A program made the position numbers and the translations under genes. The notes under the pieces are model-generated. The model worked only from the letters and a program-made list of their open reading frames with translations, made no database searches and was not told where the DNA came from. A DNA stretch of 64,000 nucleotides, the filler included, from Octopus bimaculoides (taxonomy: Eukaryota), in the NCBI RefSeq assembly GCF_001194135.2. It is 5 parts of 5 records of this genome, joined end to end, with 100 filler letters (N's around TTAATTAATTAA, not from the genome) between each part and the next. Parts side by side here need not be neighbours in the genome. Positions count along the whole stretch, not along the records: positions 24,939 to 37,926 come from NC_068985.1; positions 38,027 to 46,288 come from NC_069010.1; 3 more parts are not named here. One strand, written 5' to 3'. Shown here piece by piece: positions 26,354 through 38,761 of this stretch (the stretch's first letter is position 1; each line of letters starts with the position of its first letter).

Positions 26354-26844
26354 CCGTAAATCCTCGAGTATAATCTGCATTTTTTTCCAAAAATTTAAAA
26401 GTCAAAATCCCCAGTGCGTACTATATACGAGATTAAAAATGAAAAATATTTTCTAAGCAATGTCCGAGTCTCTATTTGCTGTCCGGCAATGTTTATTCAG
26501 ACGCATTTTGTGATGTCGGGCTTGTAACTGATAGTGATAAATATGTAAAGACAATTTACTTAATATTTATTTTTTACTGACGTTATTACTGTTATTTCTT
26601 TATTTTCCACAAACAAAGTGCACAAAAAAGCTACACGTTTGCATTATGTTATATATACAATAATAATAATAAAGGACGTTACCGTATATATGTTTACAAA
26701 CCAAGGACGTTATATAGACCTCCTTGACTCAAGTTAGAGATGGGGTGCGTATTATACACAAGGCTTAGGTTTTTCAGAGGTACAGCCCCCTAAAAATCCC
26801 CTGCGTATTATACTCAAGGGCGGACTATACTCGAGGATTTACGG
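26354..26844. mobile_element. MITE / non-autonomous Tc1-pogo(Tigger)-type DNA transposon, 491 bp
   Basis: 22-bp TIRs with one mismatch: CCGTAAATCCTCGAGTATAATC at the left, GACTATACTCGAGGATTTACGG at the right. Left flank TA, right flank CA (decayed TA TSD). Subterminal repeats (g/c)tgcgta(c/t)tata. No transposase ORF. Confidence 0.85.
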
Positions 26845-26879
26845 CACTACTATTACAGGTTGTTCCTTCTTTCTCATTC

Positions 26880-27255
26880 AACTGTGGACGCTGGAGTAGG
26901 CGAGTAGTTAATAAATTCCCTTCAGAATCATGAGATCGATCTATCTACATGGCATCTTGGGCAAGTGTCTTTTTTTTTTTTAATCTCAGTCGACTCAAGC
27001 CTGGTGACTCCAAAACTGAGTACAGCGCATATGTATGGAAGCCACCGTATAGATTATACATGTATGGAAGCTCATTGTGTGGATTGTACATGAAATTCAA
27101 AGGTCCAGTCTTGTCACACACACCGTTACACTGATTCCACCGTAGAATTACGTTATGGGTGTACGCGTCGCAGGAATACTCAGCCACAGTTTCGTTAATT
27201 TAATGAGTTGATAACTAAGTTGATTACGCAACTGAATACTCATTGATACAACAGA
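26880..27255 (+). mobile_element. Degenerate CORE-type SINE with a long tail
   Basis: acatggcatcttgggcaagtgtctt core as in family B, then a different tail (tatggaagc..., cacaccgttacactgattcc...actcagccac). Confidence 0.5.
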
Positions 27256-27378
27256 TAGAATATCCAATATCGCCATATATATACTGATACCTGTAATTAT
27301 CTATCTATCTATCTGTCTATCTATCTGTCTGTTGTCATCTTCTGTCTACCTGCCTGTCTGTCTGTCTATCTGTCTACA

Positions 27379-27413
<35 letters not shown>

Positions 27414-27517
27414 TTTGCTATCTGAATGTCTATCTACTTATCCGTCTCTTTGTTTATGTCTGTCTGACTGACTGCCTGTCCGTTTGCCCCCCCCCCTCGC
27501 TCCCGGTGTGTGTGAGT

Positions 27518-27561
<44 letters not shown>

Positions 27562-27763
27562 TGTGTTCGTAAATTTTTGGAGCAGCTTTTCTTTGAAGAC
27601 CGTAAAGTAGACCAGACGACCATATATATCTGGTTGATTAGTTTAATGTTAGTTTTCTTTATCCGGACTTGTATACATTTACGTATATCTGAATGGATAA
27701 GATATTAAAATACAGAGGCCATATGATATCGGAAGATATACGTACATACATACTTACATACAT

Positions 27764-28108
<345 letters not shown>

Positions 28109-29007
28109 CATATATTACACATACATACATACATTTATATATACACACATACATATATGCATACACACAGATTTGCACACACACATACACACACACACAC
28201 ACACATACGCACATGTTTATGTACGTGGGTAGGTGTATATAGAAATTGAGACGTGTTTATAAAAAAAAAAGTTCTACAGTAAATTAATCAGCCAGTTATA
28301 TGGGCATATGTTCAACTCTGAACACATACATACATACATACATACATACATACATACATACGTACGTACGTGTGTGTGTGAGTGTGTGTATTTATTTATG
28401 TATATACACATATATGGTACAGATGAGACCCTGACAGGTGCCACAGTTTTGGGTCAGAACGGACCTTGGAGTAATGGTGATTAATAAGTAAGCCAATGCT
28501 TCCCCAACTCCAGAACTCTCGAACTCGAGCTTCACCACCGAATGCAGTTATAATATATCCTATGGGTTAAAAAGATTTTCCAAGAGTAAAGTAGGCTCCT
28601 GTTACTTTTGACAAAGGTCTAAGGACGGTAGCTAATCTAGGAGAAAGATATTCTGATACAAAACCTGTTACAAAATAGTACCAATAATCTTGTAATGTTT
28701 ATCACTGGAACCTACAATGGTGACCGACAGAATGCAAAAGTAAAGTGTTGTACAAGTTTTATTACTTAAATCCAATGACATACAGATGTTTCATTAACTT
28801 TTCCGTTCTTCAACCGTTTCGTACTTTATAAAGTCCGATAGTGATAGATGCGTGGCGTGAAAAGTTATATCCGCGTATACACAAGGATGAATATAAATCT
28901 GAACACTGAAGGTGAATGTGACACGGCTATCATCTGACAAGATGAGGCATGCATGTATGTATGTATGTATGTATGTATGTATGTATGTATGTATGTATGT
29001 ATGTATG

Positions 29008-29290
29008 TCTCCTTCCATTCACAAGTTCTCCATATAGCATCTGCTTAGGAATCCTGCTATCCTTCATTCTAATAAGGTGTCCAGTCCAACGTAACCGGTG
29101 CTTGTGCCCCATTGCCTCAATACTCAAGATATCAGCTGTCCTCAGGACCTGTGTGTCTGGAATTTTTGAGGTCCAGCCAACATTGAGAATGTGTCTGAGA
29201 CATCTCTGATGAAAGCGTTCAAGGACCCTTACCTGACGTTTGTACAGAGTCCGTGTCTCACATGAGTAGAGGAGCGATGTCAGTATATGT
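29008..29290 (-). mobile_element. RTE-clade LINE fragment (region C-terminal to RT)
   Basis: Uninterrupted frame ILTSLLYSCETRTLYKRQVRVLERFHQRCLRHILNVGWTSKIPDTQVLRTADILSIEAMGHKHRLRWTGHLIRMKDSRIPKQMLYGELVNGRR, with the typical RTE motifs LLYGCETW, F..RCLR.IL, RLRW.GH..RM and PK..LYGEL. Confidence 0.92.
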
Positions 29291-31254
29291 TTGTATGTAT
29301 GTATGTATGTATGTATGTATGTATGTATGTATGCATCCACATATAAATGTATGTGTATGTATGTATGCGTGTGCCTGTATGTTTACACATATAGGTATAC
29401 GTGTATGTATGCATGCCTGTAAGTATGCATGTATGTATATATATGTAAGTATGTATGTATGTATGTATGTATGTATGTATGTATGCATGCAAGCGTTACG
29501 GCTTATCAACAACGCAGGAAGGAAGTTTTCAATACATGTTCTTGAATGTGCGAAAATGGATGGACTTGTATATTACAGGACTAAAACTGTCAAACAAACT
29601 GGGGTAAAAACCTGTAAATGTTCAACACGGAATTAAATTGGTAAGAATCATATACATGCGCGTGCGCGTGCGCATGCGTGCGTGCGCGTGTGGCAACTTG
29701 ACACACGTCAGCTCCACAAATAAAATATAGTAATTCGTTGAAACAAATATGAAACCTTGAATGTGTTCAACGAATAGCTGGAAATTTAACGAAATTCGAT
29801 CATAGTCAATGTGAAAGCAATAAAACCGTTGAGAATGAATTTCAAATACTCCACACAAAGGATACAAGCATGCGCATGCGTGTGTTTGTGTGTGTGTCGG
29901 TGTATGTGTGTGTGTGTAGAATATAAAGAAAGTCAGGAGGTATGAGATGGATATATTTATTTCACCAGTAGATATCCATAGGATGACGATCGTTTCGCTG
30001 CCAACATCATGGAAAAATAATTTACTTTAGTCTAAAATAAATTATTTAATATGTCTGTACTAGTGTGTATGTTATAAATTGCATAATACTATTGTACATT
30101 TTACGTGCTAAAACAGGTACAGAAGGCTAGCTCTTCAGATCAGCAGCGTTTCATTGTTACATCCATATATATATATATATANNNNNNNNNNNNNNNNNNN
30201 NNNNNNNNNNNNNNNNNNNNNNNNNNNNNNNNNNNNNNNNNNNNNNNNNNNNNNNNNNNNNNNNNNNNNNNNNNNNNNNNNNNNNNNNNNNNNNNNNNNN
30301 NNNNNNNNNNNNNNNNNNNNNNNNNNNNNNNNNNNNNNNNNNNNNNNNNNNNNNNNNNNNNNNNNNNNNNNNNNNNNNNNNNNNNNNNNNNNNNNNNNNN
30401 NNNNNNNNNNNNNNNNNNNNNNNNNNNNNNNNNNNNNNNNNNNNNNNNNNNNNNNNNNNNNNNNNNNNNNNNNNNNNNNNNNNNNNNNNNNNNNNNNNNN
30501 NNNNNNNNNNNNNNNNNNNNNNNNNNNNNNNNNNNNNNNNNNNNNNNNNNNNNNNNNNNNNNNNNNNNNNNNNNNNNNNNNNNNNNNNNNNNNNNNNNNN
30601 NNNNNNNNNNNNNNNNNNNNNNNNNNNNNNNNNNNNNNNNNNNNNNNNNNNNNNNNNNNNNNNNNNNNNNNNNNNNNNNNNNNNNNNNNNNNNNNNNNNN
30701 NNNNNNNNNNNNNNNNNNNNNNNNNNNNNNNNNNNNNNNNNNACACATACAATATACAGATACAAAAAGGTAATCTTCAAAATGTTAATGCATGGAAGAC
30801 AATGATTTATAAAAAAAAGATTTCTATAGGGGGGAGGAAAGGAGATTTAGTAAGATATTAAAAAGTATATAGGTTAAGAAAATGTAGATTGTGTATAATA
30901 TGATAATGATATGAGAGAGAGAGAGAGAGAGTCAGGTAGTTTATCGTTAATAACCTAAATGCATTAATAATAGAAAGTGAAAATTTTATAGGATGAGAGA
31001 GAAGTTTGTGCTATTAATTATATATTTCTAAACACTATTTAGATTAGTTTATCTCATTATTTTCCCATTCCGATAAATATTCACAACATTTTATTTACTC
31101 TATTCAGCTAAGAACCCCTCCGATCTACCATACAAATCTCTGTTGTTCTTTCTTTGGCTTCGTTTTTCTCTCTCATCCTGGTTTTTTACTTTCATTTTAT
31201 TTCTCTTTTTTGTTGATGTTACTCACTATATTTCATTAACGCAATAGTTGGAAG

Positions 31255-31533
31255 GATGGCAGTGGTAGCGATGATGATGATGATGAAGATGATGACGACG
31301 ACGACGACGCAGAAGAAGAAGGAGAGAAGAAGAAGGAGAAGAAGAAGAAGAAGAAGAAGAAGAAGAAGAAGAAGAAGAAGAAGAAGAAGAAGAAAGAGGA
31401 GGAGGAGGTGGTGGAGGAAAAGGAAGAAGAGGTGGAGGTAGAGAAGGAGGAGATGGAGGAGGAGAAGGAGAGAAGAAGGAGAGGAGAAGAAGAAGAAGAA
31501 GAAGAAGAAGAAGAAGAAGAAGAAGAAGAAGAA
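31255..31533. repeat. (GAT)/(GAA)/(GGA)n purine-rich triplet tract
   Basis: Seen directly; runs into a gap. A similar tract lies at 57691-57852. Confidence 0.9.
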
Positions 31534-32804
31534 NNNNNNNNNNNNNNNNNNNNNNNNNNNNNNNNNNNNNNNNNNNNNNNNNNNNNNNNNNNNNNNNNNN
31601 NNNNNNNNNNNNNNNNNNNNNNNNNNNNNNNNNNNNNNNNNNNNNNNNNNNNNNNNNNNNNNNNNNNNNNNNNNNNNNNNNNNNNNNNNNNNNNNNNNNN
31701 NNNNNNNNNNNNNNNNNNNNNNNNNNNNNNNNNNNNNNNNNNNNNNNNNNNNNNNNNNNNNNNNNNNNNNNNNNNNNNNNNNNNNNNNNNNNNNNNNNNN
31801 NNNNNNNNNNNNNNNNNNNNNNNNNNNNNNNNNNNNNNNNNNNNNNNNNNNNNNNNNNNNNNNNNNNNNNNNNNNNNNNNNNNNNNNNNNNNNNNNNNNN
31901 NNNNNNNNNNNNNNNNNNNNNNNNNNNNNNNNNNNNNNNNNNNNNNNNNNNNNNNNNNNNNNNNGGTGTTGGATGGGGATGAGGAGGAAGCGAAGGAGGG
32001 TTGGTGATGTGTAATGAAGTTGTAAAAATAGTAACCGATATTAACCTCTGTTGCTCCCTACAAAAATAACCACAGCAGCAACAAAAGCAGCAGCAGGAGA
32101 AGCATCAGCAGCAATAACAACAACAACAACAACAACAACAACACAACACACACTCACACGCACACGCACGTACACAACCTATGGTAAAACCAAGACAACA
32201 ATAGCATATATCAATAATATCTATCAGAGATGACTCGCAGGAAATTTTCGGTAGATTTTGAAACTGCTTTTCGTTTTCCCCTCACAAATATATATATATT
32301 TTTTAATTACATAATGGATAAAAATACATAAAAGAAAAAACTCACAATCAAAAACGTATAATACATGCAGACATTTAAGTTCAACGTCGAACGAAAGAGG
32401 GGCGGAATCCAGGCAAGCAAGAGTTGGCCACGGGCTACGAACTGGTCAAGCAAATGAAAGCATAATAAGATAAAAGTAAGACAACAACTGGTGGGATAAG
32501 TCTTCATATAATTAAAACTTATGTCGTTTCACCTAAATTCGCCAACACCAATCTACTTCTTGTATATCTATACAAAATACACATTACTGCACTTACTGAG
32601 CAGCAAACCCCAGAAACAGGTGTAAAGGATTATCCATATTCTCCAATGTCTTATTTGTGAGGTCCAAGTATGGATTCTCCCGATATTTACCTACCTGTTT
32701 ATGAAGAACTACTACGAAGTACGACACCGATTTTCCGTTTCGTTCTGAGATATCAAAGTACGATCTTTCAGTATATAAACGTTTTCTTTTATTTTTCTTT
32801 CTTT

Positions 32805-33225
32805 CACTTCTTTCAGTCATTAGACTGCAGCCATGCTGCAGCACCACCTTGAAGAATTTTTAGTCGAATGAACCGACCCAAGTACTTATTTTTTGTAAAG
32901 CCGGGTTCTTATTCTATCGATTTCTTTGGCCGAACCGCGAAGTTACGGGGATGTAAACACACCAACACCGGTTGTCAAGTGGTCGTGGGGGACAAACAAA
33001 GAGACAAACACACACACACACAAACACACACACACGCACGCACACACAGAAACACATATATAGAACGGGCTTCTTTCAGTTTCCATCCATCAAATCCACT
33101 CACAAGGCTTCGGTTGGCCCGGGGCTATAATAGAAGACACTTGTTCAAAATGCCATGCAATGGGACTGAACCGGGAATCATATAGTTAGGAAGCAAACTT
33201 TTTAACATACAGCCACGCCTACGCC
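32805..33225 (-). mobile_element. SINE family B, near full length
   Basis: Tail ttcagtcattagactgcagccatgctgcagcaccacc, internal (CA)n, head ...gggactgaaccgggaatc...acacagccacgcct-like end. Confidence 0.85.
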
Positions 33226-33636
33226 TATCACATTATATTATAGCATATCATATTATATTGTATCATATGATTCCCTCCCTCCACGCACACACATATAGTA
33301 TCTTCTGTAATATCTGAATAATGAGGGTTTTTTTTTTTTTGCTTCATTGCCTAGCACAAAATTTAAGATTTATCTTGGATATTTAAACTTTTCCGCTTTA
33401 CGAGTTTACTAATAAATGCACAAATATGATAGTTTATCTATAATGTTGTTTAAATTGTTATCTTTTATGACTATAAAAACACTTAAACTATCAATTTACC
33501 TACTGAATGTAAACATCATCCAGTCTTCTTTTTTTTTTCTTTGTTTGCAATCTTTTTTCATCTTTTGCTTGTTTTAGCTATTGGACTGCGGTCATACTGG
33601 AGTATCACATTAAGGGATTTTAATCGATCCCAATAT

Positions 33637-33962
33637 TCTTTACTTGCTTCAGTCATTTGACTGTGGCCATGCTGGAGCACCGCCTTTAGTCGAGCAAATC
33701 GACCCCAGGACTTATTCTTTGGAAGCCTAGTACTTATTCTATCGGTCTCTTTTGCCGAACCGCTAAGTTACGGGGACATAAACACACCAGCATCGGTTGC
33801 CAAACGATGTTGGGGGGACAAACACAGATACACAACATATACACACATACATATATATATACATATATACGACGGGCTTCTTTCAGTTTCCGTCTACCAA
33901 ATCCACCCACAAGGCTTTGGTCGGCCCGAGGCTATAGTAGAAGACACTTGCCCAAGGTGCCA
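33637..33962 (-). mobile_element. SINE family B (head lost in gap)
   Basis: Closely matches the reverse complement of 43207-43622. Confidence 0.9.
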
Positions 33963-34037
33963 NNNNNNNNNNNNNNNNNNNNNNNNNNNNNNNNNNNNNN
34001 NNNNNNNNNNNNNNNNNNNNNNNNNNNNNNNNNNNNG

Positions 34038-34400
34038 ATGTCTTCAGCTAACTGGATCCTAATCCACCAAGGGAAGGTATGTCAGAAGAAAGTAATTCAA
34101 CAACGCGGGTTGATGAACCGTAAGACGTGTGGCCAGAACCTCCTGGAAAATAACCATAGCGAGGGACATTCCACAGTTGAATTAGAACAGTCACAAACAG
34201 TGAAAGAAGACATGCACCCAACACCAGAGCTGAAGACACCTCCGAAAGGGGGTGGCCCCGCCACGTCAAAACGGTAGAGGAGTAGGGGCCGAAACCGGAC
34301 GTGGTTCCTCCTGATGATGTGTCTTGAGCTAACTGGATCCTATAAAGGAGCTGTTGTGGTAGTAGACCACGAAATATGGTTGAAATTCCTTCCCTAAGTC
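34038..34400. mobile_element. Penelope-like terminal repeat with an internal direct repeat
   Basis: gatgtcttcagctaactggatccta (34038) recurs as gtgtcttgagctaactggatccta (about 34319). Homologous to 15660-15830. The family assignment is an inference. Confidence 0.55.
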
Positions 34401-35106
34401 TCGTAGTAGATGGAATAAACATGAAATGACCTTATAGACCATTACTTTTTGTATGAACGTATGTGTGGTCGTATTAAAGGATTTTCCTTGCAACAGAGAC
34501 ACAGTAACATTTATTCCAACTTATTTTCTGTACGTTGACATCGTAAAACACCGTCTCCCGAACTCATCTCATGATGGACCTGATGTTTTTGATGATAAAC
34601 TTGATGTTGATGAAGTAGCATTTACTGATGATGCTGAAAAACTTTCGCCAGGTTCCAAGTACGATCTGATTCGTATTTGGAAGCGTGAGCGGTCTTGTGA
34701 GAAATTTAGAATTGTCAGAAGATGAGGTACAGCTTCACCATTTTGTTTGAAAGACACTTAGAAGAAATATAACTGTAAGTTACTATAGAAGGTAAAATGC
34801 TGATTTAGGAAATATATTTCAAAGCGGTGGATGGTTCTTTCTGTTATTGTCATAACATTAATGGACTCTTTCGCAGGTTTATCTGAAAGTCATGTCGATG
34901 AATGACGATGTCTTTTGATAGATTCATCTCTATGAAGTAGAAAATCATTTTTATTATATAATGGAAATTTAAAAAAGCGAAGGAGTGAAAAAAAAAAAAA
35001 AAGAATTATCTCTCTCTATAGCTTGTTCAGTGCATTTCAAAGAATCTTCTGCTAACATGGAGATCGTTTTTTTTTCTAATGTAATTCAATATAACTATCG
35101 CGTATA

Positions 35107-35950
35107 AGGCAGTAAGCTAGCAGAATCGTTAGCACACTGGGCGAAATGCTTAGCGGTATTTCGTCTGTCTTTATGTTCTGAGTTCAAATTCCGCCGAGGT
35201 CGACTTTGCCTTTCGTCCTTTCGGGGGTCGATAAATTAAGTATNNNNNNNNNNNNNNNNNNNNNNNNNNNNNNNNNNNNNNNNNNNNNNNNNNNNNNNNN
35301 NNNNNNNNNNNNNNNNNNNNNNNNNNNNNNNNNNNNNNNNNNNNNNNNNNNNNNNNNNNNNNNNNNNNNNNNNNNTCAAATTCCGCCGAGGTCGACTTTG
35401 CCTTTCGTCCTTTCGGGGTCGATAAATTAAGTATCAGTTACGCACTGGGGTCGATGTAATCGATTTAATACCTTTGTCTGTCCTTGTTTGTCCCCTCTAT
35501 GTTTAGCCCCTTGTGGGTAATAAAGAAATAAGAAACCTCAGCACGCCGGGCGAAATGCTTAGCGGTATTTCGTCTATCTTTTCGTTCTGAGTTCAAATTC
35601 CGCCGAGGTCGACTTTGCCTTTCGTCCTTTCGGGGGTCGATAAATTAAGTATTAGTTGCATACTGGGGTCGATCTTATCGGCTGGTCCCCTCCACCAAAA
35701 TTTCGGGCCTTGCGCCTAGAGTAGAAAAGAATCGTTAGCACGCCGGGAAAAATCGATAGCGGCATTTCGTCCGTCTTCACGTCCTGAGTTCAAATTCCGC
35801 CAAGGTCGATTTCACCTTTCATCTTTTCGGGGTCGATAAAGTAAGTACCAGCTAAATCTTAGAGTCGATGGAATTGATTTGCTACCCAACCACCACCACC
35901 ACCACCACGCCCCGCAATTTCTGGTCTTGTGCTAAAACTTGAACCAGAAT
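35107..35950 (+). mobile_element. Head-to-tail array of about 4 family A SINE units
   Basis: The B-box/core block gagttcaaattccgccgaggtcg recurs at about 35180, 35376, 35590 and 35787. The units carry different tails. Confidence 0.85.
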
Positions 35951-36063
35951 AACGATCGCCTATGGAATCTTTGAGATGATCCGTAATTACCATATTAAGG
36001 GTTATGCAAGGGGAGAGAGAGTGCGAAGTAGAGAGGAGAGAGAGAGAGAGAGAGAGAGAGATG

Positions 36064-36162
36064 AAGGCAAAGACGACTTTGGCGGGATTTGAACTCAGAA
36101 CAAGAAGAAATACTAATAAGCATTTTGTCAGACGGTGCAAACGCTTCTGCCAGCTTACCATC
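36064..36162 (-). mobile_element. SINE family A, 5' fragment
   Basis: aaggcaaagacgactttggcgggatttgaactcagaac...ttctgccagcttacc. Confidence 0.7.
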
Positions 36163-36229
36163 ATACCAGCTGCTCTAGGAATCCTTTCTTCTGATAGTCA
36201 CAAAGCCAGTAATTTTGACAGAGCGAATA

Positions 36230-36384
36230 CCTCGATTATACCGGTATTCATTTTGTCGACCCCCAAAAAGAATGAAAGACAAAGTCGACCCCGGTGGAAC
36301 TGGAACTCAGAACATGAAGATGGACGAAATGCCGCTAAGCATTTTGCCCGGTGTTCCAACGATCCTGCCAACTTGCCGCCTTGA
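36230..36384 (-). mobile_element. SINE family A
   Basis: gtcgacccccaaaaagaatgaaagacaaagtcgacc...gaactcagaacatgaagatggacgaaatgccgctaagcattttgcccgg...gccgcctt. Confidence 0.8.
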
Positions 36385-36387
36385 ATA

Positions 36388-36425
<38 letters not shown>

Positions 36426-36441
36426 AATAATAATAATAATA

Positions 36442-36486
<45 letters not shown>

Positions 36487-36525
36487 TTGATGATGGTGAT
36501 GATGATGATGATGATCATCATCATC

Positions 36526-36570
<45 letters not shown>

Positions 36571-36579
36571 CTAATGATA

Positions 36580-36622
<43 letters not shown>
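36385..36622. repeat. Compound (GAT)n/(AAT)n/(CAT)n tract
   Basis: Seen directly. Confidence 0.95.
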
Positions 36623-36627
<5 letters not shown>

Positions 36628-36736
36628 CTAGTATGCTTATCTTAATGGCATACTAATATATACAGTGAGTTTCTTTTCCCTAGATATCTGGAAGACACTC
36701 GGCAAGAAATGGAAGCAGAATTGAAATAATAATAAC

Positions 36737-36768
<32 letters not shown>

Positions 36769-36989
36769 CAACAACAGCAATAACAACAACAACAATCACT
36801 ACAGCACTTCGCTGTTAATCTTTCCTTGTTAACAATGTTTATCTATTAGATTCTCAGTATTTAATTTAATCATATGATATCGTAAATACGTGTACTATAT
36901 TCTTACCAAATCTTCGACAGTAATCCGTTATTCTTCCACGTATCCCTTAATCTATTAGAGACTCAGCTCGCAGTTTTACACCCGTGAAG

Positions 36990-37390
36990 CTTAGCCGTTA
37001 CCAAGGCAACACATCAATCAGGCTGTTGCTAACCAACCTGCTATCTACACGCACCCTTATTTTACGACGAAGGAACAAACACCACCGCCCAATCTACACT
37101 ACTCCCTTCTAACCCCCACTCCACCACCACCACCACCACCACCACCACCACCACACGTCGTCTGCAAATAATTTGCTTATACAATCAGTTCTTGTATTCA
37201 CAAAGGATTTCCAACATAAGAGAAAAAAAAGAACCAGTATCCTGTGAAACGGGAGGATATTTCCGGTGAGACCGGAAACAGTTTTCGCTTCCGTTTCGCT
37301 GACTCACTGACCTATTGCATATAATGAACAGCAGCTGGTCGCCATATTGTTTTTCCCTCTGATCTCGTGTTACGTCATTCTTGGTAACTG
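36990..37390. promoter_or_regulatory. Putative TATA-less promoter (RFX X-box, GC box/CCAAT, inverted ETS pair, AP-1, YY1-like, CRE-like)
   Basis: GTTACCAAGGCAAC 36997-37010; CCGCCCAAT 37085-37093; TTTCCGGT-gag-ACCGGAAA 37260-37278; TGACTCA 37300-37306; CGCCATATT 37340-37348; TTACGTCA 37370-37377. All lie in non-repeat, CpG-containing DNA. No transcript evidence. Confidence 0.4.
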
Positions 37391-38042
37391 AATCTAGTCT
37401 CTTTACAGATGGCTTTCAGAAATAGAAAACAAGAAGAAAGAATCATGTACCCTTATATATTACATGTGTTCGTTCCACCTTTTTATTGCTGTTTCTGTTT
37501 AGCCTCAGGTCAGCCATGATCAAGCAGCCTTATGATTAAAGAACATCTAGCCGCGACCATCCCGTTCTTTTTCTTTTTTTTTTAAATCCATGTCGAAGGT
37601 AACCGAGGAATACATTGACCAACACGCCCGTTTTATTTAAGACATACGCACATCCACACATATACACACACACGCACACACCCACATACACACACACTTC
37701 TCACCAACACTACACACACACTCACACAGACACGCATACAATCATACACACATGGGCATAAACAACACACGCATATACAATAGCAAACGCACGCACACAC
37801 ACGTACACAGCAACGCACATACACACAACATACACATACACACAAACACACACGCACGCACAGAAAACATACACATACACACACGCGCACATACAAAATA
37901 CACACACACACGTACACGTACCTAACNNNNNNNNNNNNNNNNNNNNNNNNNNNNNNNNNNNNNNNNNNNNTTAATTAATTAANNNNNNNNNNNNNNNNNN
38001 NNNNNNNNNNNNNNNNNNNNNNNNNNATATATATATATATAT

Positions 38043-38215
38043 ATATATATACGACGAGCTTCTTTCAGTTTCCATCTACCAAATCCACTCACAAGGCTTT
38101 GGTCGGCCCGAGGCTATAGTAGAAGACACTTGCCCAAGATGCCACGCAGTGGGACTGAACCCAGAACCATGTGGTTGGTAAGCAAGCTACTTACCACACA
38201 GCCACTCCTGCACCT
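38043..38215 (-). mobile_element. SINE family B, head and CORE-like part
   Basis: gagcttctttcagtttccatctaccaaatccactcacaaggc...cacttgcccaagatgccacgcagtgggactgaacccag...cacacagccactcct. Confidence 0.9.
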
Positions 38216-38646
38216 ATTGTATGTATATAATATTTTTTTTTTCTACATATAGCAATAAACTTTTCACACATCCTACCTCCAAGAAACCAAACTACATCTC
38301 TTTTAAACTGCATCTTTCCCTTCCTCACATTTCCTCTTCAATATTTCCCATCCTTGCTCTCACTGCCTTTCTCACTGTATCGCTGCTTTCCCCCACCACA
38401 TCTTTATACCCAGGTTTTCACCAGTCACTGCAATCTCCACTCTCTAATCGTGGCTTCTTGGCAATACCTGGACATGTATATTATGACCTCCGTCCCTTGA
38501 GGGCAAGCCCTAGCAATTGCCACAGTTTATCTCTCTCTTCCTTACTCTACCGTTCCATCTATGCTCTGATCACTGTTACTTGTGAGTATACCCTGGCACT
38601 TCACCATCATCTCTCTCCTGCTCTCCCTTGCTCTTTTGTTGTTTCC

Positions 38647-38705
<59 letters not shown>

Positions 38706-38761
38706 CGAAATCGAACCGAATCCGACGACTGACACCCATGCCAACCTCTCCTTCATTGGAC

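Noticed and set aside
34453-34757. Overlapping ORFs on both strands (90 aa plus, 62 aa minus)
   Set aside because: No recognisable domain and no convincing splice-site pair. The acidic/Ser-rich composition comes from a weak GAT/TCA periodicity.
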